Shown piece after piece: positions 29,430 to 40,187 of a DNA stretch of 64,000 nt. A model generated the notes under the pieces. That model saw only the letters and a program-made list of their open reading frames with translations. It made no database searches and was not told where the DNA came from. How positions within the stretch are numbered: the stretch's first letter is position 1; each line of letters begins with the position of its first letter. The position numbers and the translations under genes were made by a program. This stretch comes from Candidatus Saccharimonadota bacterium (lineage in GTDB: Bacteria > Patescibacteriota > Saccharimonadia > Saccharimonadales > Saccharimonadaceae): positions 4,573 to 68,572 of the forward strand of contig JAFWNY010000011.1 in assembly GCA_017510075.1 (NCBI GenBank). The letters run 5' to 3'.

Positions 29430-31388
29430 GTGGCGGAAGAAATAAAGAATAATACAGGGGGTAAAAAACAAGCTGGTAATGGCGGGGCTCTAGCTGGTGG
29501 CAATAATAATACTTCAAATATGATAAGAAGTATAGTGTTTATAGTAATGATGGTGTGTTTTGGGACGTTGATAATGGCTAATATGAATAGTGGTAATGAT
29601 AATGCTGCAAAGACTGAGGTCCCGATATCGGAAGTGATACAAAGAGCAAATGATCCCGAAGGCAATATAGCTAAGATTACGGTAGTAGGTGAGACGCTGG
29701 ATATTACCTTGAAGGGTAAGGATCAGCCGACAGAAACTTCGCGGAAGGATCCGAGTGGGACGCTGTATGACCAAGGGCTGATTAATTATTGCGATGGCCT
29801 GGCGGGAGAAGAATTGACGACATGTACAGAGAAGTATCCGGTGATAGAATACAAGGAAGATGTGAATGCCTGGGGGATTGTGCTGGACGTGGCGCTAACG
29901 GTGTTACCGATTGTGGCGTTGGTGGTGTTTTTTGCCTGGGTGATGCGGCAGGCGAATTCGGCAACGAACCAATCATTGTCTTTTGGGAAGTCGAAAGCAA
30001 AAATGTACGGGCCAGATAAAAAGAAGGTTACTTTCCAGGATGTAGCAGGTAATGATGCGGCGAAGCAGGATTTGACGGAGATTGTGGATTTCTTGAAGAA
30101 TCCGAAAAAATATGAAAAATTGGGCGCGAAGATTCCGCGCGGGGTGCTCTTAGCTGGCGACCCAGGGACGGGCAAGACTTTGATGGCACGGGCGGTGGCC
30201 GGGGAAGCAGATGTGCCGTTCTTCTCGATATCGGGGTCGGAATTTGCAGAGATGTTTGTGGGGGTGGGGGCGAGTAGGGTGCGAGATTTGTTCTCCAAGG
30301 CGAAGAAAAATGCGCCGTCGATTATCTTTATTGATGAGATTGATGCGGTGGCGCATAAGCGTGATGCGCGGGGCGGAGCGGGGCGCGAAGATGAACAGAC
30401 TTTGAATCAGATTTTGGTGGAGATGGATGGGTTTGATAATGACAGTGGCGTGATTGTGATGGCGGCGACGAACCGAGTGGATATGCTAGATAAGGCGCTG
30501 CTTCGTCCGGGGCGGTTTGATAGACATGTGAATGTGGCTTTGCCAGAGAGGAAAGACCGGCTGGAGATACTGAAGGTGCATTTTAAGGGTAAGCCGGTGG
30601 CGGCGGATGTAGATCTCGAGGCGCTCGCGAAGAAGACGGCGGGGTCGAGTGGGGCGGATCTTGCGAATATTGCGAATGAGGCGGCGATTGGGGCGGCGCG
30701 TGAAGGGCATAAGGCGATTTCGAATGCGGATCTTACGGAGGCGTTTGAGAGAGTGGCGATTGGGCCAGAGCGGAAGAGCAAGGTGATGAATGAGAAGGAG
30801 CGGAAGATTACAGCTTATCACGAGGCGGGGCATGCGATAGTGGGGGCGGTGCTCCCTGATTCCGATCCGGTACATAAGGTGACGATTATTCCGCGTGGTT
30901 CGACTGGTGGCGTGACGTGGTTTTTGCCGCCGGAAGATAGGAATTATAAGAGCGTGTATGAACTGAAGGACATTTTGGCGCGGGCGATGGGGGGTCGTGT
31001 GGCCGAGAAGTTGATATTTGGCGCCGATGCGGTAACGACGGGTGCTTCTTCAGATCTCAAAAACGTGGCAGAACTATCGAAATCTATGATTGTAGAGGAG
31101 GGGATGGGGGCTGGTTTGAGGAACTTGGTGTTTCCGGAGGGGGCTACGGGGTATTACACAATTACGACTTCCAAGCCGTATTCTGAGAAGACGGCAGAGC
31201 TAATTGATGCGGAGGTGAAGGCTTTGTCTGATGAGGCGGCGAAGCGAGCGGAGGCGGTACTAAAGGCTAATAAGTCGGTATTGGACAAATTGGCTGAAGA
31301 ATTGTTGGCGCATGAGACGCTTGAAGAAGCAGAGCTTGAGCCGTTGCTCAAAGATGCAAAATTACCAACCGCTGCAAAATTACACTGA
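29430..31388 (+). CDS. ftsH: ATP-dependent zinc metalloprotease FtsH
   Basis: Two TMs, [26 protein letters not shown]; GTG start after AAGGAG. Confidence 0.97.
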   Translation: MAEEIKNNTGGKKQAGNGGALAGGNNNTSNMIRSIVFIVMMVCFGTLIMANMNSGNDNAAKTEVPISEVIQRANDPEGNIAKITVVGETLDITLKGKDQPTETSRKDPSGTLYDQGLINYCDGLAGEELTTCTEKYPVIEYKEDVNAWGIVLDVALTVLPIVALVVFFAWVMRQANSATNQSLSFGKSKAKMYGPDKKKVTFQDVAGNDAAKQDLTEIVDFLKNPKKYEKLGAKIPRGVLLAGDPGTGKTLMARAVAGEADVPFFSISGSEFAEMFVGVGASRVRDLFSKAKKNAPSIIFIDEIDAVAHKRDARGGAGREDEQTLNQILVEMDGFDNDSGVIVMAATNRVDMLDKALLRPGRFDRHVNVALPERKDRLEILKVHFKGKPVAADVDLEALAKKTAGSSGADLANIANEAAIGAAREGHKAISNADLTEAFERVAIGPERKSKVMNEKERKITAYHEAGHAIVGAVLPDSDPVHKVTIIPRGSTGGVTWFLPPEDRNYKSVYELKDILARAMGGRVAEKLIFGADAVTTGASSDLKNVAELSKSMIVEEGMGAGLRNLVFPEGATGYYTITTSKPYSEKTAELIDAEVKALSDEAAKRAEAVLKANKSVLDKLAEELLAHETLEEAELEPLLKDAKLPTAAKLH

Positions 31389-31416
31389 TTAATAATAGAA
31401 AGGAATTACTATAGTT

Positions 31417-33801
31417 ATGGAAAGATTATTGGATTATTTTGTACCGGAAAAGTATGTGCTGGATTTGGAGGTTGATAAAGATAAGAAATATATTGGTGGG
31501 AAGGTGAAGGTTTTTGGGGAGGTTTTGGCGGAAACGGTGAAATTTCATGCGGTCGGTATAGGGGTGGAGGAAGTCTTAATTGACGGGAAAAAGGGGGATT
31601 TCGAGGTGAAAGATGGCGTTTTGACGCTATTTAAGGTACCTAGGAGCGTTTCATGTATTGAAGTGGGGTATCATGGCACTTTGAATGAAAATATGGAGGG
31701 GGCGTATTTATCGACTTATGAGTATAGGGGTGGAACAGAGGTGATAGTGGCAACGCAGTTTGAGTCACATTATGCCAGGGAGGCGTTTCCCTGTATTGAT
31801 GAGCCGGCGGCAAAAGCGGTGTTTGAGCTTGCGTTGACGGTGCCGGAAGGGTCGGAAGACATTATTTTGGCGAATACGCCAGTGAAGAATGTTGTAAAAA
31901 ATACAACATATTTCGAGCCGACGCCGAGGATGAGCACCTATCTATTGGCGTGGGTGATTGGGAAATTTCATGGGAAGACGGTAGAGAATGAGCATGGGAC
32001 GGAGATTACGACATATTGTGCTTTGAATCAGGATCTGGAAGCGGTGGATTTTGCAAATGAGGTGGCGGCGAAATCGCTGGAGTTTTATGATGATAATTTT
32101 GGGGTGAAATATCCGCTGAAGAGGTTGGTGCAAGTGGCTTTGCCGGATTTTGAGGCGGGGGCGATGGAGAATTGGGGGTTGGTGACATATCGAGAATCGA
32201 TGTTGCTAGCGGGAAAGAATGCGACTCTTTCGACCAAGAAGTCGGTAGCACTTACGGTGGCGCATGAGCTGTCGCATCAGTGGTTTGGTGATTTGGTGAC
32301 AATGAAATGGTGGGACGACTTGTGGCTGAACGAATCTTTTGCGAGCGTGATGGAATATTATGCAGTGGATGCTTGCTATCCAGATTTAAAGATATGGGAG
32401 GGGTTCTTTACGGGTGATGCGTTGGCGGCATTGAAGCGGGATTGTTTGGTTGGTGTGCAGTCAGTGCATCAAGAAGTGAATGATCCGGCGGAAATTGCAA
32501 CTTTGTTTGATCCGGCGATTGTGTATTCAAAGGGTGCGAGATTGATGCTGATGTTGATTCGGGCGATGGGGTGGGAGGAATTTTGCAAGGGATTGAAGGA
32601 TTATTTCGAGAAATATAAGTACGATAATACGGTGGGGGATAATTTGTGGGAATGCTTGGATCCTTATGCGGAGTTTGACGTAGAGGGATTGATGCATTCG
32701 TTTATTAACCAGCCTGGATACCCGGTAGTGACTGGAACGGGGGGTGGGTTTGACCAATTTACGCAGCGAAGATTTTTACTAGACGCAAAAATGCCGAAGT
32801 CGGATTGGCCGTTACCTGAGATTCGTGAAGATATGAGTGGGCATTACATACTGAATCTGAGCGAGGAGGAGTTTGGAGAGAGGCTGGAGCGATTCGACGA
32901 GATGGGGCTGGAGGAGAAAATTAGGTTGTTGATAGATAGGAGCCTGTTAGCAAAGACGGAGCTGGTGCCATCGAGTTCGTTGTTGCGGCTGCTGGAGAAG
33001 TTTAAGGGGGAACGCAATGCGGCGGTGTGGAATATAGTACTTACCATTGTAGCGCAGCTGAAAGTGTTTTTTGAGTATGGCTCTAAGGAGGAGAAGGATT
33101 TTAAGGAATTTGTGAGGGGGCTAGTGCAGTCGGGGATTGAGGAAGTGGGGGTGGTGGCAAATGAAGATGATGATGAGAATACTTTGCGGATGCGGGCAGT
33201 GCTGATGGGGCTGGCTTTTTATGCAGAGGATATGGACAGCATGCGCGAGCTGGCGGATTTGTATGATGAGGATACAACAAAAATGAATGCGGAGAGTCGG
33301 GCGGACATTTTGGATGCGAAACTGTATTTAGAGCCAGAGATGCTTGAATATTATTTGGCGAAATATGCACAGACGGCTGACCCTGAGCTGAAATTTGAGT
33401 TATTGTTTGCTGGTACGGTGTCGAAAGATGCTGGAGTGCTACATAAAATGATGGAGCTTTTGGATAAGCCAGAGGTGGTGAAGCCGCAGGATCAATTCCA
33501 TTTGTTTATCTATCTGTTTCGGAATATGGAGGTGCAGGTAGAGGTGATGGAATGGCTGACGGGGCATTGGGAATATGTAAAAAAGATGGCGGGCGATAAA
33601 TCTCTGGAGAATTATCCGAGATATACGGCGGGGGTGATTCGTACTTCGGAAATGTACGAGAAGTGGCGGGAGTTTTTCACGCCGATGCGTGAAGATGCGG
33701 CTTTGGCGCGGGCAATAGAAATGGGTATAGCAGAGATTGAGTCAAGGCTGAAATTAATCGAGGCTGATGCAGAAGATGTGATAGGGGAGTTGGGGAAATA
33801 G
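31417..33801 (+). CDS. pepN: M1 family aminopeptidase
   Basis: GAMENWG, HELSHQWFG..LWLNE, YSKG. Confidence 0.93.
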   Translation: MERLLDYFVPEKYVLDLEVDKDKKYIGGKVKVFGEVLAETVKFHAVGIGVEEVLIDGKKGDFEVKDGVLTLFKVPRSVSCIEVGYHGTLNENMEGAYLSTYEYRGGTEVIVATQFESHYAREAFPCIDEPAAKAVFELALTVPEGSEDIILANTPVKNVVKNTTYFEPTPRMSTYLLAWVIGKFHGKTVENEHGTEITTYCALNQDLEAVDFANEVAAKSLEFYDDNFGVKYPLKRLVQVALPDFEAGAMENWGLVTYRESMLLAGKNATLSTKKSVALTVAHELSHQWFGDLVTMKWWDDLWLNESFASVMEYYAVDACYPDLKIWEGFFTGDALAALKRDCLVGVQSVHQEVNDPAEIATLFDPAIVYSKGARLMLMLIRAMGWEEFCKGLKDYFEKYKYDNTVGDNLWECLDPYAEFDVEGLMHSFINQPGYPVVTGTGGGFDQFTQRRFLLDAKMPKSDWPLPEIREDMSGHYILNLSEEEFGERLERFDEMGLEEKIRLLIDRSLLAKTELVPSSSLLRLLEKFKGERNAAVWNIVLTIVAQLKVFFEYGSKEEKDFKEFVRGLVQSGIEEVGVVANEDDDENTLRMRAVLMGLAFYAEDMDSMRELADLYDEDTTKMNAESRADILDAKLYLEPEMLEYYLAKYAQTADPELKFELLFAGTVSKDAGVLHKMMELLDKPEVVKPQDQFHLFIYLFRNMEVQVEVMEWLTGHWEYVKKMAGDKSLENYPRYTAGVIRTSEMYEKWREFFTPMREDAALARAIEMGIAEIESRLKLIEADAEDVIGELGK

Positions 33802-33844
33802 TTATTTGTAGCGTTTTGGAAAAGCTGGTGATATAATAGTAGGT

Positions 33845-34573
33845 ATGGAAGGCATTAAGAATTTTTTGAGGAATGCTTCTACTGGATTGAAAGTGGCGGT
33901 GGGTGGTTTTTTGGCGCTGGTACTTGTAATAATTGTAGTGGCGATAGTCGTGCTGGTCACACCTGGGCCGGTGGAAGATACGCATGTGGAGGTGGCGAAT
34001 TTTGAGGAGGCTACCGAGGTGCCAGATGATTATCAGACGAACATCCAAAAGTTGATGTGGGGCGCGATTGAATCAAATGATGCTTTGAATAATGTGGTAT
34101 TTACGGATGCCGAAGTGCGGGAAGGTTCGTATAGCGAAACGACGAGTGGGAGCGCAACGATTGCGAAGTTTATCATAGACGTGCCGTCGATGAGGTATTC
34201 TTTTGCGGTGACAGCGAGTTGGGCGGATGGAAATGTGGATACTGAGGATAAGAGTATTTATTTGGAATGTCCGCATTATTTGGATGTAATATATACAGAT
34301 ACAAAATGTATTGCGGCGACGCCTATAGAGCAAGTGGAGAGATATTTGCCGCATTATGATTATGTAGGTGATGGAAAGTTGGTGAGCGTTATGAAGCGTA
34401 AATATGATGTGTTTCAAGAGCATGCCGGAGAGCCTTATCTAGCGATAAACGTGAATGCCTGCGGGGACGCTGGGGTGATGGAAGCGGCACGTAACGTGGT
34501 GGTGCAGTGGCTGAAATCGATTTACTTGGATCCGAATGATTATTACCTGGAGGTATTAGATACATGTCAATAA
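33845..34573 (+). CDS. Hypothetical membrane-anchored protein (paralogue of 37500-38222)
   Basis: N-terminal TM; VREGS..FIIDVPSMR..CP..C..YLP. Confidence 0.8.
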   Translation: MEGIKNFLRNASTGLKVAVGGFLALVLVIIVVAIVVLVTPGPVEDTHVEVANFEEATEVPDDYQTNIQKLMWGAIESNDALNNVVFTDAEVREGSYSETTSGSATIAKFIIDVPSMRYSFAVTASWADGNVDTEDKSIYLECPHYLDVIYTDTKCIAATPIEQVERYLPHYDYVGDGKLVSVMKRKYDVFQEHAGEPYLAINVNACGDAGVMEAARNVVVQWLKSIYLDPNDYYLEVLDTCQ

Positions 34574-37488
34574 AGAAATATGTGATAATGATGATAGTGG
34601 GGGTGCTTGCTTTGCAACCGTTGCAAGTGTTTGCTTTGAGCGAGGGCGACATGGAAGAATACTCGCAAAATAATATTACTTTTTATGATCCGAGCGAATG
34701 TCAGTCGACGACGAATGCGATTTGTACTGCGCCAACGGGCGACCAGATTACGTGGATTGGCGATTCGTATTCAGTGCAGGCAAAAGATAAGATATTGGCG
34801 GCTTTTCCGGGCGTGGACTTGGGAGCGGAGCAGGTGGGGAATGCGGTGTCGCCGTATACTTACATACAGGGCAGTAAGCATATAGAAATGAATGCGTCGG
34901 AAGGCAGCGGTGGAGCGGGCGGGGTGGCTATTCTGACGGATATTGTAAATGCAGGGAATTTGCGGCCGTATTTGGTGTTTGCGCTGGGAACTAATGATCC
35001 GGTGAGTGCGTCGGTAATGAAATCAACGCTTGAGAAGGTTGCGGAGTTGGTGGGGAGTGGTACGAAGGTGATTTTGGTTACATCGTATACGACGAGCGGG
35101 GCGGATTATAGCGGAGGCAATAGTGCTAAAGAAGAGTTCGCGAATGAGCACGATAATTTCTATTTGGCTGATTGGGCGGCAGTGGCACAACCGAGCTATT
35201 ATGCAAGTGATAGTATACATCCGACGAGTAACGGTGGGTACGATGCGTGGCTAAGCGTAATTAAGGCGGCTTTGCCGCAAAACTGTACGGCGGGGCTGCT
35301 AGCTGGAAACACGACAGAGGAGAGGATTTGGAATTATTTTGTGCAAGCGGGGATCGAAGGAGTGTCGGATAACCCGGCGGTGATAGCGGGGATTATGGGC
35401 AATTTCTATACGGAGTCGGGGTACAATCCGTTTATGCGGGGGTCTAATTTGAAATATCGGGGGCTGTGGATGTTAATGGATTCGTATAATGGCGTGAAGT
35501 ATGCTTTGAATATGGCTGAGGAGGTAAATGCTGCAGTGGGTAAGGATTACTGGGCCTTTTATGGTTGGTGGGGGAGTACTGGAGAGGTGGATAGTGATTT
35601 GCAGAAGGTGGGCGCGTCGCAGAACGATATAGATACGGCAATACGAATTGAGCTGGATTATTTGACAAAGTCAGAACAGAATAAGAGTACTTGGGATGAT
35701 TTTGTAAATAATATAAGTAAAATCTCGAGTAATACGCCGAGTGGGTATTCGGATTTGTTTTTAGTAAAAGTGGAGAGGGCGGTGAACGGATCCTCGCCGA
35801 TTACGGACCCGGATGTGCTGAAGATGGTGAGTAATAGATATTATCAGGGGTCTGCGAGCCGGAGAAATGCGGCGGAGGATGTGTATGCTAGATTATCAAA
35901 TATGACGACAGCACCGGCGGCGAGTGCTGGGGCGGATAGTTCGAGCGCGACGGCAGCAGTGAGCAACGGGGGATTTACGAGGTATGCTTTGACTGATTTG
36001 CAGGTATGGGATGCGGCTGAGGTGGCAAAAATGACGGAGGCGGCAAGGCAAGATGATGGAGAAACGAGTGAGGCGGCGGATGATACAGTGGAGGAATTTA
36101 AGCGGAGGTTGTCGGACTTGGTGAATCAATATGAGGTGCGAAGTGGAGTGTCGGGATATAGCGGCGAAGGGTTGATGGCTTATTTGAAGATGGACGGCGA
36201 GCTATATGTAAATAATGCTAAGGATGTTGAGATAAGTAGTGAATATTTGGAGGCGGCGCGGGATGTGTTGATTAATGGGAACAGGACGACGGGTGCAGTG
36301 ACGCAGGTGCAAGAGGTGCGCCAGACTGTATCGGAGCAATGCGTGATAGAAGGAGAAGGATATGCGGGGCCTAGCGGAGACGATATTGCGAAGGCGGCGG
36401 TGGAGATGGCTTGGCCAGTGCAGACTGGGCAGGGTAACGACGTTTATGCGGGACAATGTTTGAATGAAAACGGTGAGTGGGTAGCTTGGAATTATGATGA
36501 GGGGACGTGTTTTCACAATCCTAGGGATTTATATAGGCAGCAGAAGTCAATATTTAATATCGGTGGAGATTATTATGAGGATTGTGGGTGGTTCGCGGCG
36601 ACGGTGTTTTATTATGCCGAGGTAGATGATAATGGCGGGATGCCCAAAGGCGGTACTGGCAATATGATGACTTTTATGGAGAAATCCGACCGCTGGGATG
36701 AGGTATCGAATGAAGGAAGTGAGAATAATTTGCGACCAGGGGATGTATTTGTAAGTAATCATCACATATCGATTTACGTGGGGCAATACGGTGGGACTTA
36801 CGGGAAACAGGTGCATGCGTCGGCGCATGAAAGAGTGGGTACGATCACGACTTACGTGGCGAATAATACCGGGAGTCGGTATGTTGATAGTGAGGGTGAA
36901 AGTTTCCGAATTTTTCGAAGGGTGAATAATTCGATCGGTGAGGGTGGATTGACGTTTGAACAGGCGAAAATCTTTATGATGAACTATGGAGCCAATAAAA
37001 ACGGTAGTAGCGCGGCTGCGGTGGCCAAAGATGGGTCTTCATGGAAATTGAGCGGCTGCAATGGGGGTGGTGGGTCGAACTGTGTGACTTTCTCGGCGTT
37101 CTTTATTAATAAATTTACGGATTCGATTAGAGGAAGAGGAAATGGTAATAGGACTGCTTCAGGGATGCTAAATGTGGAAGGTAAGGGGACGGAGCCGAGA
37201 GTGTGGGCGATATTTAGCGGTGGTACCGATTCGCATCCGCATACTGGGGTGATTTTGGGCTATCACGATGGTGAGTGGATAGTGGGGCATGCAAGTTGTA
37301 GTGGGTCTGGATCTGGAGCGGGGAATGGTGGCGATGGGACTTATCGTGGTCGCGGGAACGGAGCGGGTTTTGTGCTGAAAAGCTCGAATCTTTGTACGGC
37401 ACTACTAGGGTATTGTCCTGCTAATTTTGCCTACCCCAAGAATGTGGACGTAGATGCTATTGAGGCGTATTTGGATACGGGGGAGTAA
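34564..37488 (+). CDS. Secreted multidomain cell-wall hydrolase (SGNH-like, phage-tail lysozyme-like, NlpC/P60-like, CHAP-like)
   Basis: Signal peptide; IGDS..LGTND..DSIHP; AGIMGNFYTES; DCGWF..PGDV..HISIY..VHAS; NCVTFS..GNG..HTGVI. Confidence 0.75.
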   Translation: MSIKKYVIMMIVGVLALQPLQVFALSEGDMEEYSQNNITFYDPSECQSTTNAICTAPTGDQITWIGDSYSVQAKDKILAAFPGVDLGAEQVGNAVSPYTYIQGSKHIEMNASEGSGGAGGVAILTDIVNAGNLRPYLVFALGTNDPVSASVMKSTLEKVAELVGSGTKVILVTSYTTSGADYSGGNSAKEEFANEHDNFYLADWAAVAQPSYYASDSIHPTSNGGYDAWLSVIKAALPQNCTAGLLAGNTTEERIWNYFVQAGIEGVSDNPAVIAGIMGNFYTESGYNPFMRGSNLKYRGLWMLMDSYNGVKYALNMAEEVNAAVGKDYWAFYGWWGSTGEVDSDLQKVGASQNDIDTAIRIELDYLTKSEQNKSTWDDFVNNISKISSNTPSGYSDLFLVKVERAVNGSSPITDPDVLKMVSNRYYQGSASRRNAAEDVYARLSNMTTAPAASAGADSSSATAAVSNGGFTRYALTDLQVWDAAEVAKMTEAARQDDGETSEAADDTVEEFKRRLSDLVNQYEVRSGVSGYSGEGLMAYLKMDGELYVNNAKDVEISSEYLEAARDVLINGNRTTGAVTQVQEVRQTVSEQCVIEGEGYAGPSGDDIAKAAVEMAWPVQTGQGNDVYAGQCLNENGEWVAWNYDEGTCFHNPRDLYRQQKSIFNIGGDYYEDCGWFAATVFYYAEVDDNGGMPKGGTGNMMTFMEKSDRWDEVSNEGSENNLRPGDVFVSNHHISIYVGQYGGTYGKQVHASAHERVGTITTYVANNTGSRYVDSEGESFRIFRRVNNSIGEGGLTFEQAKIFMMNYGANKNGSSAAAVAKDGSSWKLSGCNGGGGSNCVTFSAFFINKFTDSIRGRGNGNRTASGMLNVEGKGTEPRVWAIFSGGTDSHPHTGVILGYHDGEWIVGHASCSGSGSGAGNGGDGTYRGRGNGAGFVLKSSNLCTALLGYCPANFAYPKNVDVDAIEAYLDTGE

Positions 37489-37499
37489 GGAGGAGAAAG

Positions 37500-38222
37500 A
37501 TGAATATAATAAAAAGTTTGCCAACTGCGATACGGTATTTGTTGTATGGATTGCCGGCAATGATTGTGATTGTGGTGCTGGTAGTGATTTTGGTGAATAT
37601 GTTGATACCCAGAGAATACGATAGGGTGACGATAGAAAATGAAGGGGCACTAAGTGGGATGTCGGGAGATAAGATTAATGATTTTCGGACTGGATTGATC
37701 GGGGTGTTACAGGAGGAAGGGTATGTGGGAGAAGATGCGACGGTAGATGATGTGGTGGTGCGCGAAGGATCGGTGGATACTTTTCGGAATGGGGAGGAGG
37801 GGTCAGTGACGACGTTTTTGATCGACATTGACTCACTGCGGCAGACTTATCGAGTACGGGTGACGGATGCGCCTGAAGATATGACGGATGTCTCGACGTA
37901 CATTACTTGCCCTAAGATAGAGGAGATGAAATATCCAGAGTCGGAGTGTAGGGGGCATTACGGAAGTACGAGCAAGGCGGCGGAGCTGTATCTGCCCTAT
38001 ATGGGGGTGCTGGCGTCGGGTGAGAAGTATTTGATAAAATCAATTACGATGACTAATGTTGGGGAGCAAGTATTGCAAATATATTTGTATTCGTGCGATG
38101 AAGCTGTGCCGCCGGTGGTGGAGGCAGAGGCGGCGGCGCGGGAGTTTGTGCAGTCGGTGGGGGATGATGGTGATTATGTATATAATGTGCGGACGGGGTA
38201 TTGTGAGGGAGATGCGATATAA
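37500..38222 (+). CDS. Hypothetical membrane-anchored protein (paralogue of 33845-34573)
   Basis: N-terminal TM; VREGS..FLIDIDSLR..CP..C..YLP. Confidence 0.8.
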   Translation: MNIIKSLPTAIRYLLYGLPAMIVIVVLVVILVNMLIPREYDRVTIENEGALSGMSGDKINDFRTGLIGVLQEEGYVGEDATVDDVVVREGSVDTFRNGEEGSVTTFLIDIDSLRQTYRVRVTDAPEDMTDVSTYITCPKIEEMKYPESECRGHYGSTSKAAELYLPYMGVLASGEKYLIKSITMTNVGEQVLQIYLYSCDEAVPPVVEAEAAAREFVQSVGDDGDYVYNVRTGYCEGDAI

Positions 38223-38255
38223 TAAAATAATCTTGACATGAAGTCAAGATTGTGG

Positions 38256-38342
38256 TGGTGCCCGCTAAGAGACTCGAACTCTTACAGTATTGCTACCACT
38301 AGCACCTGAAGCTAGCGCGTCTACCAATTCCGCCAAGCGGGC
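38256..38342 (-). tRNA. tRNA-Leu(CAG)
   Basis: CTAGC-TTCAGGT-GCTAG anticodon arm, long variable arm, CCA end. Confidence 0.95.
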
Positions 38343-38535
38343 ATGGGTCTATTATATCATAAAAAATCCCCGAGCGCTAGAGGCTCGGGGGTGCTGTATT
38401 GCTGCATAATTCGCGCATTTCGAGAGCTTCGTGATGTGATAAATCAAAGATTTTATCACATCACTTCGCCCCTTCGGCGAAAAAATCATAGATTTTTTCT
38501 TTATGTCTCTCAATGCTTGCGAATTACGCAGCAAT

Positions 38536-38799
38536 TTATGGTTTATAGATGTGTAGGTCCTCTATTGCTTCGGTGTCAATTAAGTCACCGATGCGTTGTT
38601 TGATTTCGTTTGTGATTTCTCCATTCCAGATGGCTGCTACCTTCGGTTGATGGACGTAGTCCACATCCTTAAAGACGAAGTCTTTGAGCTCCCCGTAGGG
38701 ATCGATTTCATAGAAAGAAAAACCGATTCTTGACAATTTTTGAAAGAGGTCATTATACTGCTTGGGGCGAAATTTAAATGATATGTTCGCCTTTTTCAT
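38536..38799 (-). CDS. Small hypothetical protein
   Basis: AAGGAG RBS 8 nt before ATG; upstream TGGTATAAT. Confidence 0.6.
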   Translation of the reverse strand: MKKANISFKFRPKQYNDLFQKLSRIGFSFYEIDPYGELKDFVFKDVDYVHQPKVAAIWNGEITNEIKQRIGDLIDTEAIEDLHIYKP

Positions 38800-38899
38800 C
38801 TTCACCACTCCTTTGTAAGGTACCTGTATCTATATTATACCACACTTTGCATAAAATTGCAAGAGCTGGTATAATGGGGATATATAATGTGGAGGTGAT

Positions 38900-40024
38900 A
38901 TGATAGCAGTAAACTGTAGTCCTGAGATAGACATGACACAGGCGGAGGGGATTCTGAAAGAGATCGCGCGGGATAAGATGGGGGGATGGGTGGAATTGCC
39001 GCGGAAATATGATGTGGGGGAGCTTGCGCGAGTGAAAGAGGCGGCGAAAGAGATCCAGGAGTCGTCGGAAGTGCTGGTGTGTATTGGGATAGGGGGGTCG
39101 TATCTGGGGCATCGGGCGGTGATTGAGGCTTTGCGCCCACGGTCGGGGGTAGAGATTGTGTATGCGGGGAATTCTTTGAGCAAGCGAGAGCTGGACTGGG
39201 CTTTGGAACAGGTGGGGGATCGGGATTTCTCGGTGAATGTGATTTCGAAATCGGGGACGACATTGGAGCCGGCGGTGGCGTTTGGTGAGTTTAAAAAGAA
39301 GTTGATTGAGAAATATGGCGAGGAGGAAGCCTATTCGCGAATTTATGCGACGACGGATGCAAAGAAAGGGGCGCTGCATGACGAGGCGGTGGCGTGTGGG
39401 TATACGAGATTTGTGGTGCCGGATAATATCGGGGGGCGGTACTCGGTATTGACGTCGGTGGGGATGCTCGCCATGGCGGCGGCGGGGGTGGATATTGATA
39501 AGATGTTGGAGGGGGCATCGGAAGCGGTAGAAGCGGCGGTGGAGCCGGCTTTGAAATATGCGTACATGAGGCATGCGCTGGGTGCGAAGGGGTACGATAC
39601 GGAGGTGTTTGCGAGTTTTGAGCCGTGCGCGATGTATTTTAATGAGTGGCTGAAGCAGCTGTTTGGTGAGAGTGAGGGGAAGAATAAACAGGGGGTATTG
39701 CCGACCGCGGTGATTTATTCGACGGATTTGCACTCGCTGGGGCAGTTTATGCAGGACGGGAGGCGGAATTTGTGGGAGACGATTATTGATTATCCGACGG
39801 ACGAGATGAATGCAAAGGTAGTAACAGCTGTGAGAATTGCCCATACAGAGGGTGGAATACCCGTATTAAATATTGGCGTGCCATCGTTTAATGAAAAAGG
39901 GTTTGGGGAATTGGTATATTTCTTTGAACTCGCCTGTGCAATTTCGGCGAAGTTGTTTGGGGTGAATCCGTTTGATCAGCCTGGGGTGGAAGCATACAAA
40001 GCAGAATTGAATAGATTATTGTAA
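38900..40024 (+). CDS. pgi: Glucose-6-phosphate isomerase (compact)
   Basis: GIGGSYLG, SKSGTT, GGRYS, QLFGESEGK, DLHSLGQ, PFDQPGVEAYK. Confidence 0.95.
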   Translation: MIAVNCSPEIDMTQAEGILKEIARDKMGGWVELPRKYDVGELARVKEAAKEIQESSEVLVCIGIGGSYLGHRAVIEALRPRSGVEIVYAGNSLSKRELDWALEQVGDRDFSVNVISKSGTTLEPAVAFGEFKKKLIEKYGEEEAYSRIYATTDAKKGALHDEAVACGYTRFVVPDNIGGRYSVLTSVGMLAMAAAGVDIDKMLEGASEAVEAAVEPALKYAYMRHALGAKGYDTEVFASFEPCAMYFNEWLKQLFGESEGKNKQGVLPTAVIYSTDLHSLGQFMQDGRRNLWETIIDYPTDEMNAKVVTAVRIAHTEGGIPVLNIGVPSFNEKGFGELVYFFELACAISAKLFGVNPFDQPGVEAYKAELNRLL

Positions 40025-40187
40025 AAAATAACAATATCCATTTTCGTTCGCGATTGATTGCACGCCATGTTATTTTTTACAACGTTTCACTCAATGCTCG
40101 ACAAATCAGTGTTGTCTCGCATGAGGAAAAGTTGTAAAAAATAACTGGGTTTGTCAAATGCTCACTCAAATTGGATATTGTTATTTT
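40025..40187. repeat. Palindromic repeat family, copy A
   Basis: 16-bp terminal IR AAAATAACAATATCCA; 15-bp inner IR GTTATTTTTTACAAC; GTTCGC, GCACGCCA, TGGGTTTG and ATGCTCAC motifs. Confidence 0.8.

Noticed and set aside
38774-39844. Long antisense ORFs (also 40448-41164, 46357-47163, 49998-50696, 60258-60920)
   Set aside because: Shadows of well-supported genes, caused by strand compositional skew
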